This document shows, in pieces, positions 53,081 to 64,000 of a DNA stretch of 64,000 nucleotides (positions within the stretch are counted from its first letter, which is position 1; every line of letters begins with the position of its first letter). The translations under genes and the position numbers were made by a program. Below the pieces are notes generated by a model. That model saw nothing but the letters and a program-made list of their open reading frames with translations. It was not told the origin of the DNA and searched no databases. Source of the DNA: Malacoraja senta (lineage: Eukaryota); NCBI GenBank assembly GCA_038087875.1, contig CM075991.1, forward strand, positions 2,666,001 through 2,730,000. The letters run 5' to 3'.

Positions 53081-53676
53081 TTCTGGGAAGACCAGAGAAT
53101 TCAGGCTCTGGGGAACTGGTGCAGAGAGCAAGTTGTAGCCTGACGCAGATTAGCCATGATCATATTGACCAGTGGGGTGGAACTGTGAGGCGAATGGCCC
53201 ATTGTATCACAGAACTCGAATTCTGGTTTTTTTGCCGTTAAAAGTGTTATTTTTATTCATAATGATGTAGCGAAATATAGACTATACTCCAGAACTATCT
53301 TAAGAAAGCAGCTGCAGTAAAGCTACATGTTTTCTTACTCCCAAAAATATATTCAGGCACGTCATCAAAAATATTAACCTTTCTGACAAACCACACAAGG
53401 ACTAAATAAGCCGAGGGTTAACAGCTATTTTCCAGCACCAGCTTCAACAAAGATGCATCAGATCACTCTTTACTGCATGGCAATCGAGAAGGCTCTCACA
53501 CTGCATTGTCCCAACTGTATTCATTGGGTTCCCATGCATATAGACTTCCAGCCGAGACAGCACCAGAAGAGTGTGTTCAGAGCATTGTAATGGGCCTGTC
53601 CCACTTAGGCGATTTTTTCGGCAACTACAGGTGACCTGGCTGTTTTCACATGGTCGCGGGGTGATGCCTGTACGGT

Positions 53677-54650
53677 CATCAATGATCTGGATGATGGTGT
53701 GGAAAATTGGATTAGTAAGTATGCAGATGATACTAAGATAGGTGGTGTGGTGGATAATGTAGATTTTCAAAGTCTACAGAGAGATTTAGGCCATTTGGAA
53801 GAGTGGGCTGAAAGATGGCAGATGGAGTTTAATGCTGATAAATGTGAGGTACTACATCTCGGCAGGACAAATCAAAATAGGACGTACATGGTAAATGGTA
53901 GAGAATTGAGGAATGCAGTTGAACAGAGGGATCTAGGAATAACTGTGCATAGTTCCCTGAAGGTGGTAAAGAAAGCTTTTGGGGTGCTGGCCTTTATAAA
54001 TCAGAGCATTGAATATAGAAGTTGGGATGTAATGTTAAAATTGTACAAGGCATTGGTGAGGCCAATTCTGGAGTATGGAGTACAATTTTGGTCGCCTAAT
54101 TATAGGAAGGATGTCAACAAAATAGAGAGAGTACAGAGGAGATTTACTAGAATGTTGCCTGGGTTTCAGCAACTAAGTTACAGAGAAAGGTTGAACAAGT
54201 TAGGTCTTTATTCTTTGGAGCGCAGAAGGTTAAGAGGGGACTTGATAGAGGTCTTTAAAATTATGAGCGGGTTAGACAGAGTTGACGTGGATAAGCTTTT
54301 TCCATTGAGAGTAGGGAAGATACAAACAAGGGGACATGACTTGAGAATTAAGGGACAGAAGTTTAGGGGTAACATTAGGGGGAACTTCTTTACTCAGAGA
54401 GTGGTAGCTGTGTGGAATGAGCTTCCAGTGGAAGTGGTGGAGGCTGGTTCGATTTTATCCTTTAAAAATAGATTGGATGGGTATATGGACGGGAAAGGAA
54501 TGGAGGGTTATGGTCTGTGCAGGTAGATGGGACTAGGGGGAAGTATTTATTTAAAAAATAAAAATAAAAAATAAAAAATGTTCGGCACGGACTTGAAGGG
54601 CCGAGATGGCCTGTTTCCGTGCTGTAATGGTTATATGGTTATATGGTTAT
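53677..54650 (+). mobile_element. CR1 LINE (second subfamily), RT C-terminal ORF 53699-54526
   Basis: YADDTK, LVRPILEYGVQFW, FFTQRVVAVWNELP; (TTATATGG)n tail. Confidence 0.94.
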
Positions 54651-55140
54651 GAGTAGTCTCCTCAAGTCACCAAAAGAGTCGTAACGTTTTTCTGGCCGCC
54701 GCTGGATTTTGAAATGTTCAAAACTTTTCGGCGACTGTGGGCTTAATGTAACTAGTCTTCTCCTGCCATAGGTGCTGTCGTAGGTTGTCGCCAGGATGAC
54801 GCAGGTTGTCGCCAGGTGACGTTGGTTGTCGCCGGGTGCTGACTTCGGTGAATTCCATTAGCGACAACCTACGTCAACCGGCAACGGGTACCGGCGACAG
54901 GGTCGTTGCTTGTCGTAGCTTGTCGCGGGTGGACATAGGTTGACTTCGGTTGTCGCCTGTGTGGTCGTAGGTTGTCGTACGTGTGGTTGTAGGTGGATGT
55001 CCTAAGTCACGATGATTGGGTCGGCGGTTGTCAGTAGCTTGCTGTAGCTTGACGTCGACTAGTTGGTAGATGTCGTAGACATTATCGTAGGGGGGTCCAG
55101 TAGCCGCTTTTTCGGCAACCTGCTACGACTGCTACGATCA

Positions 55141-56060
55141 AATCTACTTAACCTTATCCACTGCCTCGAGGATATAAAGTGTTGGATGGCCCAGAACTTC
55201 CTCCAACTAAACGAAAGTAAGTCTGAGGTCATCCTTCTCGGCCCCTCGGACTCGATCAAAATGATAGCAGGCAGCCTTGGAAGCTTTACCTCGTTACTCA
55301 AACCTCACATCAAAAACCTTGGCGTGATATTTGAAATTTGACAAACAAGTCAATGCCGTGGTAAAAGCTAGCTTCTTCCAGCTTCCATAGCTAAAATAAA
55401 ACAATTCCTCCAGTTTGATGACCTCGAAAAGATCATCCACACATTTATCTCCTCCCGCCTCGATTACTGCAACTCCCTTTACACTGGCATCAGCCAATCT
55501 TCCCTGCAACTGGTCCAAAACCCCGCAGCAAGACTCCTGACGGGCACCTGAAAAAGGGACCACATCACCCCGATTCTGGCCTCTCTCCACTGGCTCCCTG
55601 TGCTGTTCCGAATAAATTTCAAAATCCTTCTTTATGTTTACAAAGCCCTTAATGGACTTGCCCCCACCTACGTCAAAAGTCTGCTTGCCCACCACACCAC
55701 CTCCAGGTCCCTCAGATCGGCCGACTTGGGGTTACTGAACATCCCGCGGTTTAGGCATAAGCTCAGGGGCGACCGCGCCTTTGCGGTTGCAGCCCCTAGA
55801 CTGTGGAACAGCATCCCTCTTCCCATCAGAACTGCCCCCTCCATCGACTCTTTTAAGTTGAGACTTAAAACTCATCTTTACTCTCAAGGCTTTCTTGACG
55901 TCCTCTGAGGGAGGGCTTTATGTATGTATGTATTTATGTATGTACTTAATCTTTGAACCTATGTTGTATAACGTTAGTACCTCCACCAATGTAAAGAACT
56001 TTGGTCAACGAAAGTTGTTTTTTAAATGTGCTATAAAAATAAAAGTGACTTGACTTGACT
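55141..56060 (+). mobile_element. L2-type LINE 3' fragment (frameshifted)
   Basis: CLEDIKCWMAQNFLQLNESKSE, SRLDYCNSL, HITPILASLHWLPV, RAFAVAAPRLWNSIP; (GACTT)n tail. Confidence 0.9.
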
Positions 56061-56166
56061 GTGACAGTCGTCGAAAAAATTGCATAAGTGGAACAGGTTC
56101 AAGTGGACAAAGTTCAAAGGTGATGTCGATTCCTATTTGAGGTATTCATCGTGGCAAGAGTTGTTA

Positions 56167-56369
56167 AGGGCCTGTCCCACTTAGGCGACTCTTTAGGCGT
56201 CTTCCAGTGGAATTAATGGAATTCACCTACGACACCTGGCGACAACCTACGACAACACCTACGATAGCAAAAATTGCTGCCACTGTTGCCCAAAAATTTT
56301 CAACATGTTGACATTTTTACAGCAGTCGCCTGTAGTCACCCAAAAAATCACCTAAGTGGGACAGGTCCA
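56167..56369. mobile_element. PIF/Harbinger-type MITE
   Basis: TIRs AGGGCCTGTCCCACTTAGG/CCTAAGTGGGACAGGTCCA, TTA TSD. Confidence 0.85.
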
Positions 56370-56862
56370 TTAATGATGGAGTGGAGGACTGGGAAGTTTC
56401 TAAGATCCAGCAACAGAAGACTCAGAAGCTCTGAAGAAGGGACATCATGAGCTTTGAGAGCAAACTTGCATGCAGTATAAAATGCAACAATAAAAGTTTT
56501 TATGGGTATAAATAAGAAAGAGAGTAATTCAGATCGTCATGCAGCCTCGAGAGAACATGGTGAATTAATAACAGCAAACAGAGAGATGGTAGAAATGCAT
56601 GGAACATAGAACTGTACAATACAGGAGCAGGACCTCAGGCCCATGCCAAACATGATGCCAAGTTAAACTAACCTCCTCTGCTTCCACATGGTCTATTTCC
56701 TGCATGTCCATGTGCCAGTCTAAAAGCCTCAAACTTCATTATCGTATCTGCTTCCACCACCGCTTCTGGCAGTGCGCTCCAGGCACCCAAAACCCCCCCA
56801 TTATGCCGCACATCTCCATTGAACTCCATAGAGTCCCTGCCCATATAGCTCCTCACTCGACT

Positions 56863-57401
56863 GTCCAGGGACCCCCGACAGTCCTTTCCGGTTAGGCACA
56901 GGTTCACTTGCACCTGCTCCAACTTCATCGACTGCATCTGTTATTCAAGATGTGGACTCTTACAAATCGGCGAGACCAAACGTAAACTGGGCGATCATTT
57001 CGCTAAACACCTTCTCTCAGTCCACCTGAACCTACCTGATCTCCCGGTTGCCAAACGCTTTAACTCCCCTTCCCATTCCCACACTGACCTTTCTGTCCTA
57101 GGCCTCCTCCATTGTCAGAGTGAGGCCAAATGCAAATTGGAGGAACAGCATTTCATATTTTGCTTGGGCAGCTTACAACCCAGTGGTATGATATTGATTT
57201 CACTAACTTCAAGAACCCCGGCATTCCCTATCTCTCCATCCCGCTCCCACCCAAGTCGCACCAGCTTCTCGTTCTCAACCAGCAAACAGCTAACAATGAC
57301 CTGTTTCCTTTATCATTGTTACTTTTTTGCATATCTTATATTCATTTGTTCTATATCTCTCTACATCATCGTCTATATCTCTCATTTCCCTTTCCCCTGA
57401 C
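56863..57401 (+). mobile_element. Penelope-like retroelement fragment, GIY-YIG endonuclease and 3' UTR
   Basis: Frame from 56876: RQSFPVRHRFTCTCSNFIDCICYSRCGLLQIGETKRKLGDHFAKH...PVAKRFNSPSHSH...KLEEQHFIFCLGSLQPSGM, a decayed PLE GIY-YIG domain. Confidence 0.88.
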
Positions 57402-59083
57402 CTGTACATTCCAGGCTTTTCCCTGCAGCCCTTCTTAAACAGAGGCACGACATTTGACACACTCCCGTCTTGGAGTTTAAAAATAGGGACATTTTGTTGC
57501 AATTGTCCAGGGTGTTGGGAGATGTTCCATGAAATACTGTGTACTGTTTTGGTCCCCTTGCCTAACTAAATATATAGTACATTTGGAGGCAGTGTAGTAT
57601 AGTATCTTCTTCTTAGGCCCCCTTCGGTCATGGCTGACCATGGGTGTCTCCAGGGTTGGAGGACGCCAGTGAGTGACTTTGTTTAATGTGGGGAGACTGG
57701 TTCACAGACAGCCACCCCACGGTCCTTGACAGATCTGGGTCAGGACCCAATGGTATGGAGTCCAAGACGACCAGAGACCCTTTTCTGCTGCAGCCTTCAT
57801 CCGCCTTCCCAGCCGTTGTGACGCTCCACTAAGGTCAGCCATCATCCTCCCTGTTCCACCATTGAGGTCTTGGTTGGATTGCTCTTTGTCGGAGATCTCC
57901 CCCTCGACCTTACCACCATGGGTGGCCCTACCACGGCATCGCTCTCAGGATCTCAGGACCACACAAGCTTCTCCACCACGACAAGGTGACAATCCACGGA
58001 GAAGTATAATATAGAGATTCAACATGAAAACAGGTCCTTCAGTCCAGTGAGATCCATGCTGATCGTCGATCACCAGCTCACGCTAGTTCGACATTTTCCC
58101 ACTAATGCAACTTTCCCTACACTTGAGGGGAAAATACAATGGCCATTTAACCTTCAACCCCACACGTCTTTGGGCTGTGGGAGGAAACCAAAGCACCTGG
58201 AGGAAACCCAAGTGGTCACGGGGAGAACGTGCAAACCCCACACAAACAGCACCGCAGATCAGTATCAAACCTGGGTCTCTGGTGCTGTGAGGCAGCTGCT
58301 CTACCAGCTATGTCACTGTGCTGCCCTAAGTGTAGAGTCTGGGCCACTGTGCAGTCCAAAGGAGAATCACCAGGATAATTTCTAGGATGAGAATGTTGTC
58401 CTGTCCAGAGGAATAGAAGAGTATGGAAAGGGAGTAGAGTTGAGGCTAGCATAGATCAGCCATGAACATATGTAATGGCAGGGCAGCTCGATGGGCCTTA
58501 TGGGCAACCCTTGCTCCTATTTTCTTGCATTCCTGTGTTTTAATGCTGTTGGCTTTTCTCTTTCCTTGGTCTGGAATGGTATCTGCTGTGGAGACTGGAA
58601 ATGATAAATTCCTGATCGATGTTTACAAAGAAAGGCTGAGACAGTTTGTCTTCTGAGCACAGACAGCATCATTGTCGCACTGCCCAACTCCCACTGGCTT
58701 ATTCTAGAAAGCAGTATCTTTGGCTCTCTGGCACAATTTTAATCCAAAACAGACTTTGACTTTCCACGAATTGGCTGATTCCAATAGAGTACAGTAAATA
58801 ACTTCAGCTTGTTAGTTCAAGGACATTGCACTAAAGTGGCCCTCAGCTGAGTGAATGTTTAGGTTGCTAGCAAGTGAACAATCTGCTCCAGAAGCTGAAG
58901 TTGTTGTTTGTATAGTGTTGCATCTTCTGATCCAATATGTATATCTAAAGTTTTACTGTTACATGCACAATATCTTCAAAGTGCTTTCGTGCTGTTGAAA
59001 ATGCAAAATCCAAATCCTGACAACATTTCATACAGATTGAAATGTAATTTTATTATTGTAACCAGAACCAAGGTTCTATTAAT

Positions 59084-59457
59084 TCATAAGTTCATAACAA
59101 GCAGAATTAGGCCATTTGGCCCATCAAGTCTACTCCGCCATTCAATCATGGCTGATCGATCCTTCCCTCTCAATCCCATTCTCCTGCCTTCTCCCCGTAA
59201 CCCCTGTCACCCATATTAATCAAGAATCTAGCAATCTCCACTTTAAAAATATCCATTGACTTGGCCTCCACAGGCTTCTGCGGCAATGAATTCCACAGAT
59301 TCACCACCCACTGACTAAAGAAATTCCTCCTCATCTCCTTTCGAAAGGTACATCCTTTTATTCTGAGGCTATGAACTTTGGTGCTGGACTCTCCCACTAG
59401 TGGAAACATCCTCTCCACATCCACTCTATCCAAGCCTTTCACTATTCGGTAGGTTTC
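59084..59457 (-). mobile_element. CR1 LINE 3' fragment
   Basis: MKGLDRVDVERMFPLVGES...FFSQWVVNLWNSLP. Confidence 0.9.
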
Positions 59458-59575
59458 AGCCTGTTATCCAATCAAATCAGATAATACTATACATATATGG
59501 AATCAAGCCAAACTCATGTACAATAGGCAGAGTGAAGGAAATGATATAGAGTGCAGGACATAGATGTTCCTTGAA

Positions 59576-59815
59576 GGTAGACAAAAGTGCTGGAGAAACT
59601 CAGCGGGTGCGGCAGCATCTACGGAGCGAAGGAAATAGGCAACGTTTCGAGCCGAAACCCTTCTTCAGACTTCAGTCCTTTCTCCTTTCTTCTCCCCCCC
59701 CCCCCCCCCACCCTACATCAGTCTGAAGAAGGGTTTCGTCCCGAAACGTTGCCTATTTCCTTCGCTCCATAGATGCTGCTGCACCCGCTGAGTTTCTCCA
59801 GCACTTTTGTCTACC
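59576..59815. mobile_element. Inverted pair of PLE-derived ends with hammerhead-like cores on both strands
   Basis: Arms of about 95 nt are reverse complements; cores at ~59641-59669 (-) and 59723-59750 (+). Confidence 0.85.
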
Positions 59816-61442
59816 ATGAAAAGGGAATAACGTTTAGTGCAAGGTAAAGTCAGCAAAGTCCGATCAAGGATAGTCCGAGGTTCACCAAAGAGGTAGATAG
59901 TAGTTCAGCACTCAATCTGTGTGATGGACTGGGCTGTCTGCAATGTAATTCACTGAGCCACAAAGCCAACTTAGTGAGCATTAATGAGTCAAAATGGTAG
60001 GAGTTTTGGAGGGAAAATATTCTTCCATTGCCGCACTTATTAGGGAAACAGACTAAAATGTGATACTTATTTTTGGTAATAGCATTGGGCAAGCAGACAA
60101 TAATTATGCATATATTTAATGAGTTATTACAAGATCAGGGATGGAAAATCCAATGGCATCATTTAAAGCTACAGTGGCTAAAGCTACATTATTTTAAAGT
60201 GAGTGACGCAACAGAACATTATTCTAGGTTTTACTGATTATACTTCAACTCTCTCAACTAAACTAAATCTCCACACTAAACTGCTTTACTCTTTTACTTT
60301 CTACTGTAGCTCATTTGAATGCTCTGTAAGGTTTCCTCTTATACAGTACGTCGAACAAACTCCTCAGCCTAACACCCTCTATCACATCCAACTCCCAAAT
60401 TGGCCCACATCTGATGGCTACATCTTCCAGATATATACTCTCTGAGGTAGTCAATATGATTCAATGCAACATAGTGCTAAATATTTTATAACCATGACTA
60501 CATGAGTCTTTATCAGATAAAATAAAATGTGAATTTAGTGTTTCCCTGTGAACTATGGAGAATATCAGAGAGAACCTTGGAATGACTGACTGTGGGTTAG
60601 TTGGTTATGTACTGGGATTTCTAGGGCATTCTGACATTTGAAAGATAAAGATATTACGTGAGGAATCTGCCTGCTCTTGGACAAAACAATCTATTTCCCA
60701 AAGAGCAAGTCTCACAGAAATCCAATATAGTACTTTTATAGCGTTTTGTTAACGTACTTACTCGCTGATGACTAACAACTTAAGTCTATCAACTGTTTGC
60801 ACTCCAAGGCTCACATCAATCAATAATTAATTTGTTGATATGTAAAAGTCATTTATGAATATTTTGTTCAACAATTTTCACATTCTACACTTGGAAAGAA
60901 CCAAGTACAGGTTTGTGATTTGATCGGCTTCAGTAAGTTGTAAAAATTGTCCCTAGTGCGTAGTTTAGTGGACGGGGTGATCGCTGGTCGGCACGGACTC
61001 AGTGGGCGGAAGAACATTTATCTGCGCTGTATCTCTAAAGTCTAAAGTAAAGTCGAACCTCAACATCTGTGACCTTGCCCCAAGGCAAGTATTTAATAAA
61101 TGCTCCTTTGACAATTGCTTGAACAAGTGCCAATTGCTAAAGAGAATTTCTCTCTATTTGGCTCTACAGCACTGTCACTTGGCCTAGGATTAAAAAGGAA
61201 AATAATCTTAAAGGAGCATTTCTCTTTCATGTGGCAATAGAAATTCTAAAATTGCACAACTAAAAAGTTCTCTGGGGAGTCATCATCAGAACAGATGGTC
61301 TGCAGAAGTGACATCTCAGCATAATAGGGAGACCCCTGTCTCTTCCTCATGGTCACCAGTTAGAAATTAGATGAAAGAAAAGCAATTTATATCCCATTAC
61401 CAATCCATTCAACATCAACAAGGATCAAAAATAGAAAGATTA

Positions 61443-64000
61443 AACGAGAACTTACCATTTGAATGTCAAATCAGTCTGAAGAAGGGTTTCGGCCCGAAAC
61501 ATTGCCTATTTCCTTCGCTCCATAGATGCTGCTGCACCCGCTGAGTTTCTCCAGCATTTTTGTGTACTTACCATTTGAAGTTTGATCTTTGTTTTATGAG
61601 AAGTTGAAGTGAGGGAATACATGAAGAGCCCGCCAGTCCGCATGCGCGTCAATCTTTAGAGCAGCTGTATGAAACCACAGAATAGTCGCTGACCTAAGCT
61701 ATAGAAAGATTAACAAGCTTAAACTACCGAATGGTCTTTATGAGAAGTAGGGTTGGGAGTGGAGGGCACTTAATCCCTCACTTCAACTTCTCATAAAATA
61801 AAGATAAAACTTCAAACGGTAAGTTCTCGTTCTATTTTATTTCGAAGACACGTGAGTGACTACGTGAAGACTTCAAAGCTCTGTGGTTTCATGCAGTAAC
61901 CCAATCTGTGTGTGAACCACTTAAACTGATAAACCATTAATGGTAGAAAAAACATGGGTTATTAATGCCATGATGCTAACTTGCATACGTGGCCATTATT
62001 CTTAACCGGACCATAGTCCCAATAGACTGTTGAGTTAGACAATAACTCATGCAACACTGTGCAGAATTTTATCTGCAAATATCCAGACATATTCAACCAA
62101 ATTTTATCATTTATTAACACACACTATGTAAGCCTCTTGCTGTAAGATGAAAGGGAAAATATCCATTCTATTGGCTGCTAATGAGCCATCAGCAATATCT
62201 TGAGACTATTGAATAACAAAAAAGAAACTATCTTTCATCTCATAGGCACTAGCAAACTCAGTGCACTTGTATACCCCCGATCTCTGCTCTGGTGGGTATG
62301 CTGTCAACTTCAAATGTACGCAATCCTGCCCATTTTGCTTATGAGATCATTCACATAACAAGCTACCCTAATGTCAATTATGACCTAGAGTCCAAGCCAG
62401 AGATTGAGTAAAGACTGTGTTCTTTGTGCTGAGATCAGTTGCTGAAAGCATAATCATCTTAAAAATACTGCTCCCATTAGGAATATAGTAGAAGAATATT
62501 TGCATAATAATTTACTGATATACATCGCAAACTACAATGAGTGTAGGCTATTAGAGTGGTCAAATAAAATACACCCTGCATAACGTTAGTGAACAGCGAG
62601 TGAATAACCAATCATTTATTGTCCCACTTATGGTACTATAGAGAATGACAAAGCAGCACAAGCAATGTCAATTGTGCTATCACACAAACGCTTCTCTAGG
62701 CTCAAACTGAAAGCCACACAAACCTCTGTTACTTCAGTTTAAAAGTAACTCACATATGTTGTTCACAAGCTTCTCATACAATCGTGCAGAGCTAGCTGCC
62801 CGAGAAGACAGGCTGCCCCAGGCATCACTCATGACTGAGTAAATAAGAGTTGCTTCAGCCACCTTACCATGGCGTGAAAATAGGCAAAATTGGCACTATT
62901 AAATTTCATGTTGCCTTATTTTTAATATCGCAAAAGGTATCTACTGATATCCCCTATGTTTCATCAGCTGCAAATTTTTGCATATTACCTAAAACTCGAT
63001 GACACAATGCCCTAATCTGAGTAGGGCAGTATAGGCTTTCACCACAGGCTTTGTTATCAAAAAACACCAGAATCTGTGTCTCATGTGTATAGATATGGCA
63101 GAGTATGCAACTTCAAGATCGATTCTCTGAATTAGTTAAAATGCTGAAAGCCAATCATCCATCTTAAACTGGGTAATTAAACCCATGATCAGATTAGCCA
63201 AATGCTAACCCGATTCGGCCTGCACCATGTTTCTGTAAACTTGAGAAGTATCTGAAATATATCCCTCTAGTCCTTGGCCAGACCACTCATCCTCGGATGA
63301 GCTGTCACTGATTGCACTCGGAACCCCTGTTCCTCTATTGACCATACGGACGGAAATTTTTTAGCTTCTCTTGATGCATTATCTAGTTATTCATACATTT
63401 CGCTGATAACATATAATCAGAACCTTATGACTAGAGCTGAAACCACAGTCTCCCTTTGATGTGGGAATACGAGTTCCCTGTCAACTCTAGACTAAGAGTC
63501 ACCACAAATACTCAGCCGTTTTCCCTCAGATTAGAAATTAGTATAATGCAAGCCTGAATCAGGAATTGCCTCGCAGTCCTTTGACTGAAACCACTTGTCT
63601 GAGTCGCCAGAGTGCACAACACAATCTCTTCGACCCGCCACTCAATCAGGAATACTGGTATTGAGAGCCTACGTAATATTATAAATACATTGTTGATTCA
63701 CAACATGAACCTGCAGGTCAGATAACAATTATATTATATGCCAGACCAGCTTCCTGCTGGTAATACCTATCCCAGAGAGGATGGCAATGATGATTCCAAT
63801 GAACTGGCAACTCTACTAACTGAGGAGAAATTAAACCACGTGTTGAGGAAGGCTTCAACTACTTCATTCTACTGAGCAGTCTGATAACCTCAATCACAGA
63901 TGATGAGGCAATGCTTCCCTGGTCAATATGACCCATATGGCCAGCCAGTTCCATGATGGTCTACCCTGAACCAGGGTAAACAAACTGTTCCTACTTGGAA
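61443..64000 (-). mobile_element. Decayed DIRS-type (tyrosine recombinase) retrotransposon, right end
   Basis: Inverted repeat 61443-61616 / 61774-61831 resembles the DIRS ITR/ICR arrangement. Minus-strand remnants LISAQRTQSL (~62405-62437, YR-like) and LDNASR (~63369-63386, RNase H-like); no intact ORF. Confidence 0.55.

Larger units (their letters stand above)
53591..56101. mobile_element. Harbinger-type element carrying two nested LINE insertions
   Basis: Left TIR TGGGCCTGTCCCACTTA; degenerate right TIR TAAGTGGAACAGGTTC; GTCG-rich internal sequence resumes at 54651-55140. Confidence 0.75.

Overview
Eukaryotic, repeat-dense genomic DNA. The repeat complement (CR1-type LINEs, tRNA-derived SINEs with (CTAAA)n tails, Penelope-derived ends) suggests a cartilaginous fish, probably a skate; this is an inference. 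The window holds the 5' part of one + strand gene, an AEBP1/ACLP orthologue. I assembled 11 GT-AG exons by hand (1362 nt, 454 codons, continuous frame), most of them missed by the ORF track. They run from a signal peptide through a Lys/Pro repeat and an acidic linker into the start of the discoidin (F5/8 type C) domain; I found no further exon inside the window. The rest is intronic transposon debris: CR1, L1/Tx1, Rex/Babar and L2 LINEs, SINEs, hAT and PIF/Harbinger elements, Penelope-like elements (PLEs) and a decayed DIRS element. Two things stand out. (1) A triplicated, symmetric phase-1 exon encoding PDETYDYGDxWxExPW sits inside a run of nine phase-1/1 exons. (2) A PLE-derived short element family carries a minimal hammerhead-ribozyme-like core, has 13-16 bp TSDs, and often folds back at the hammerhead helix II palindrome. 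No database searches were possible.
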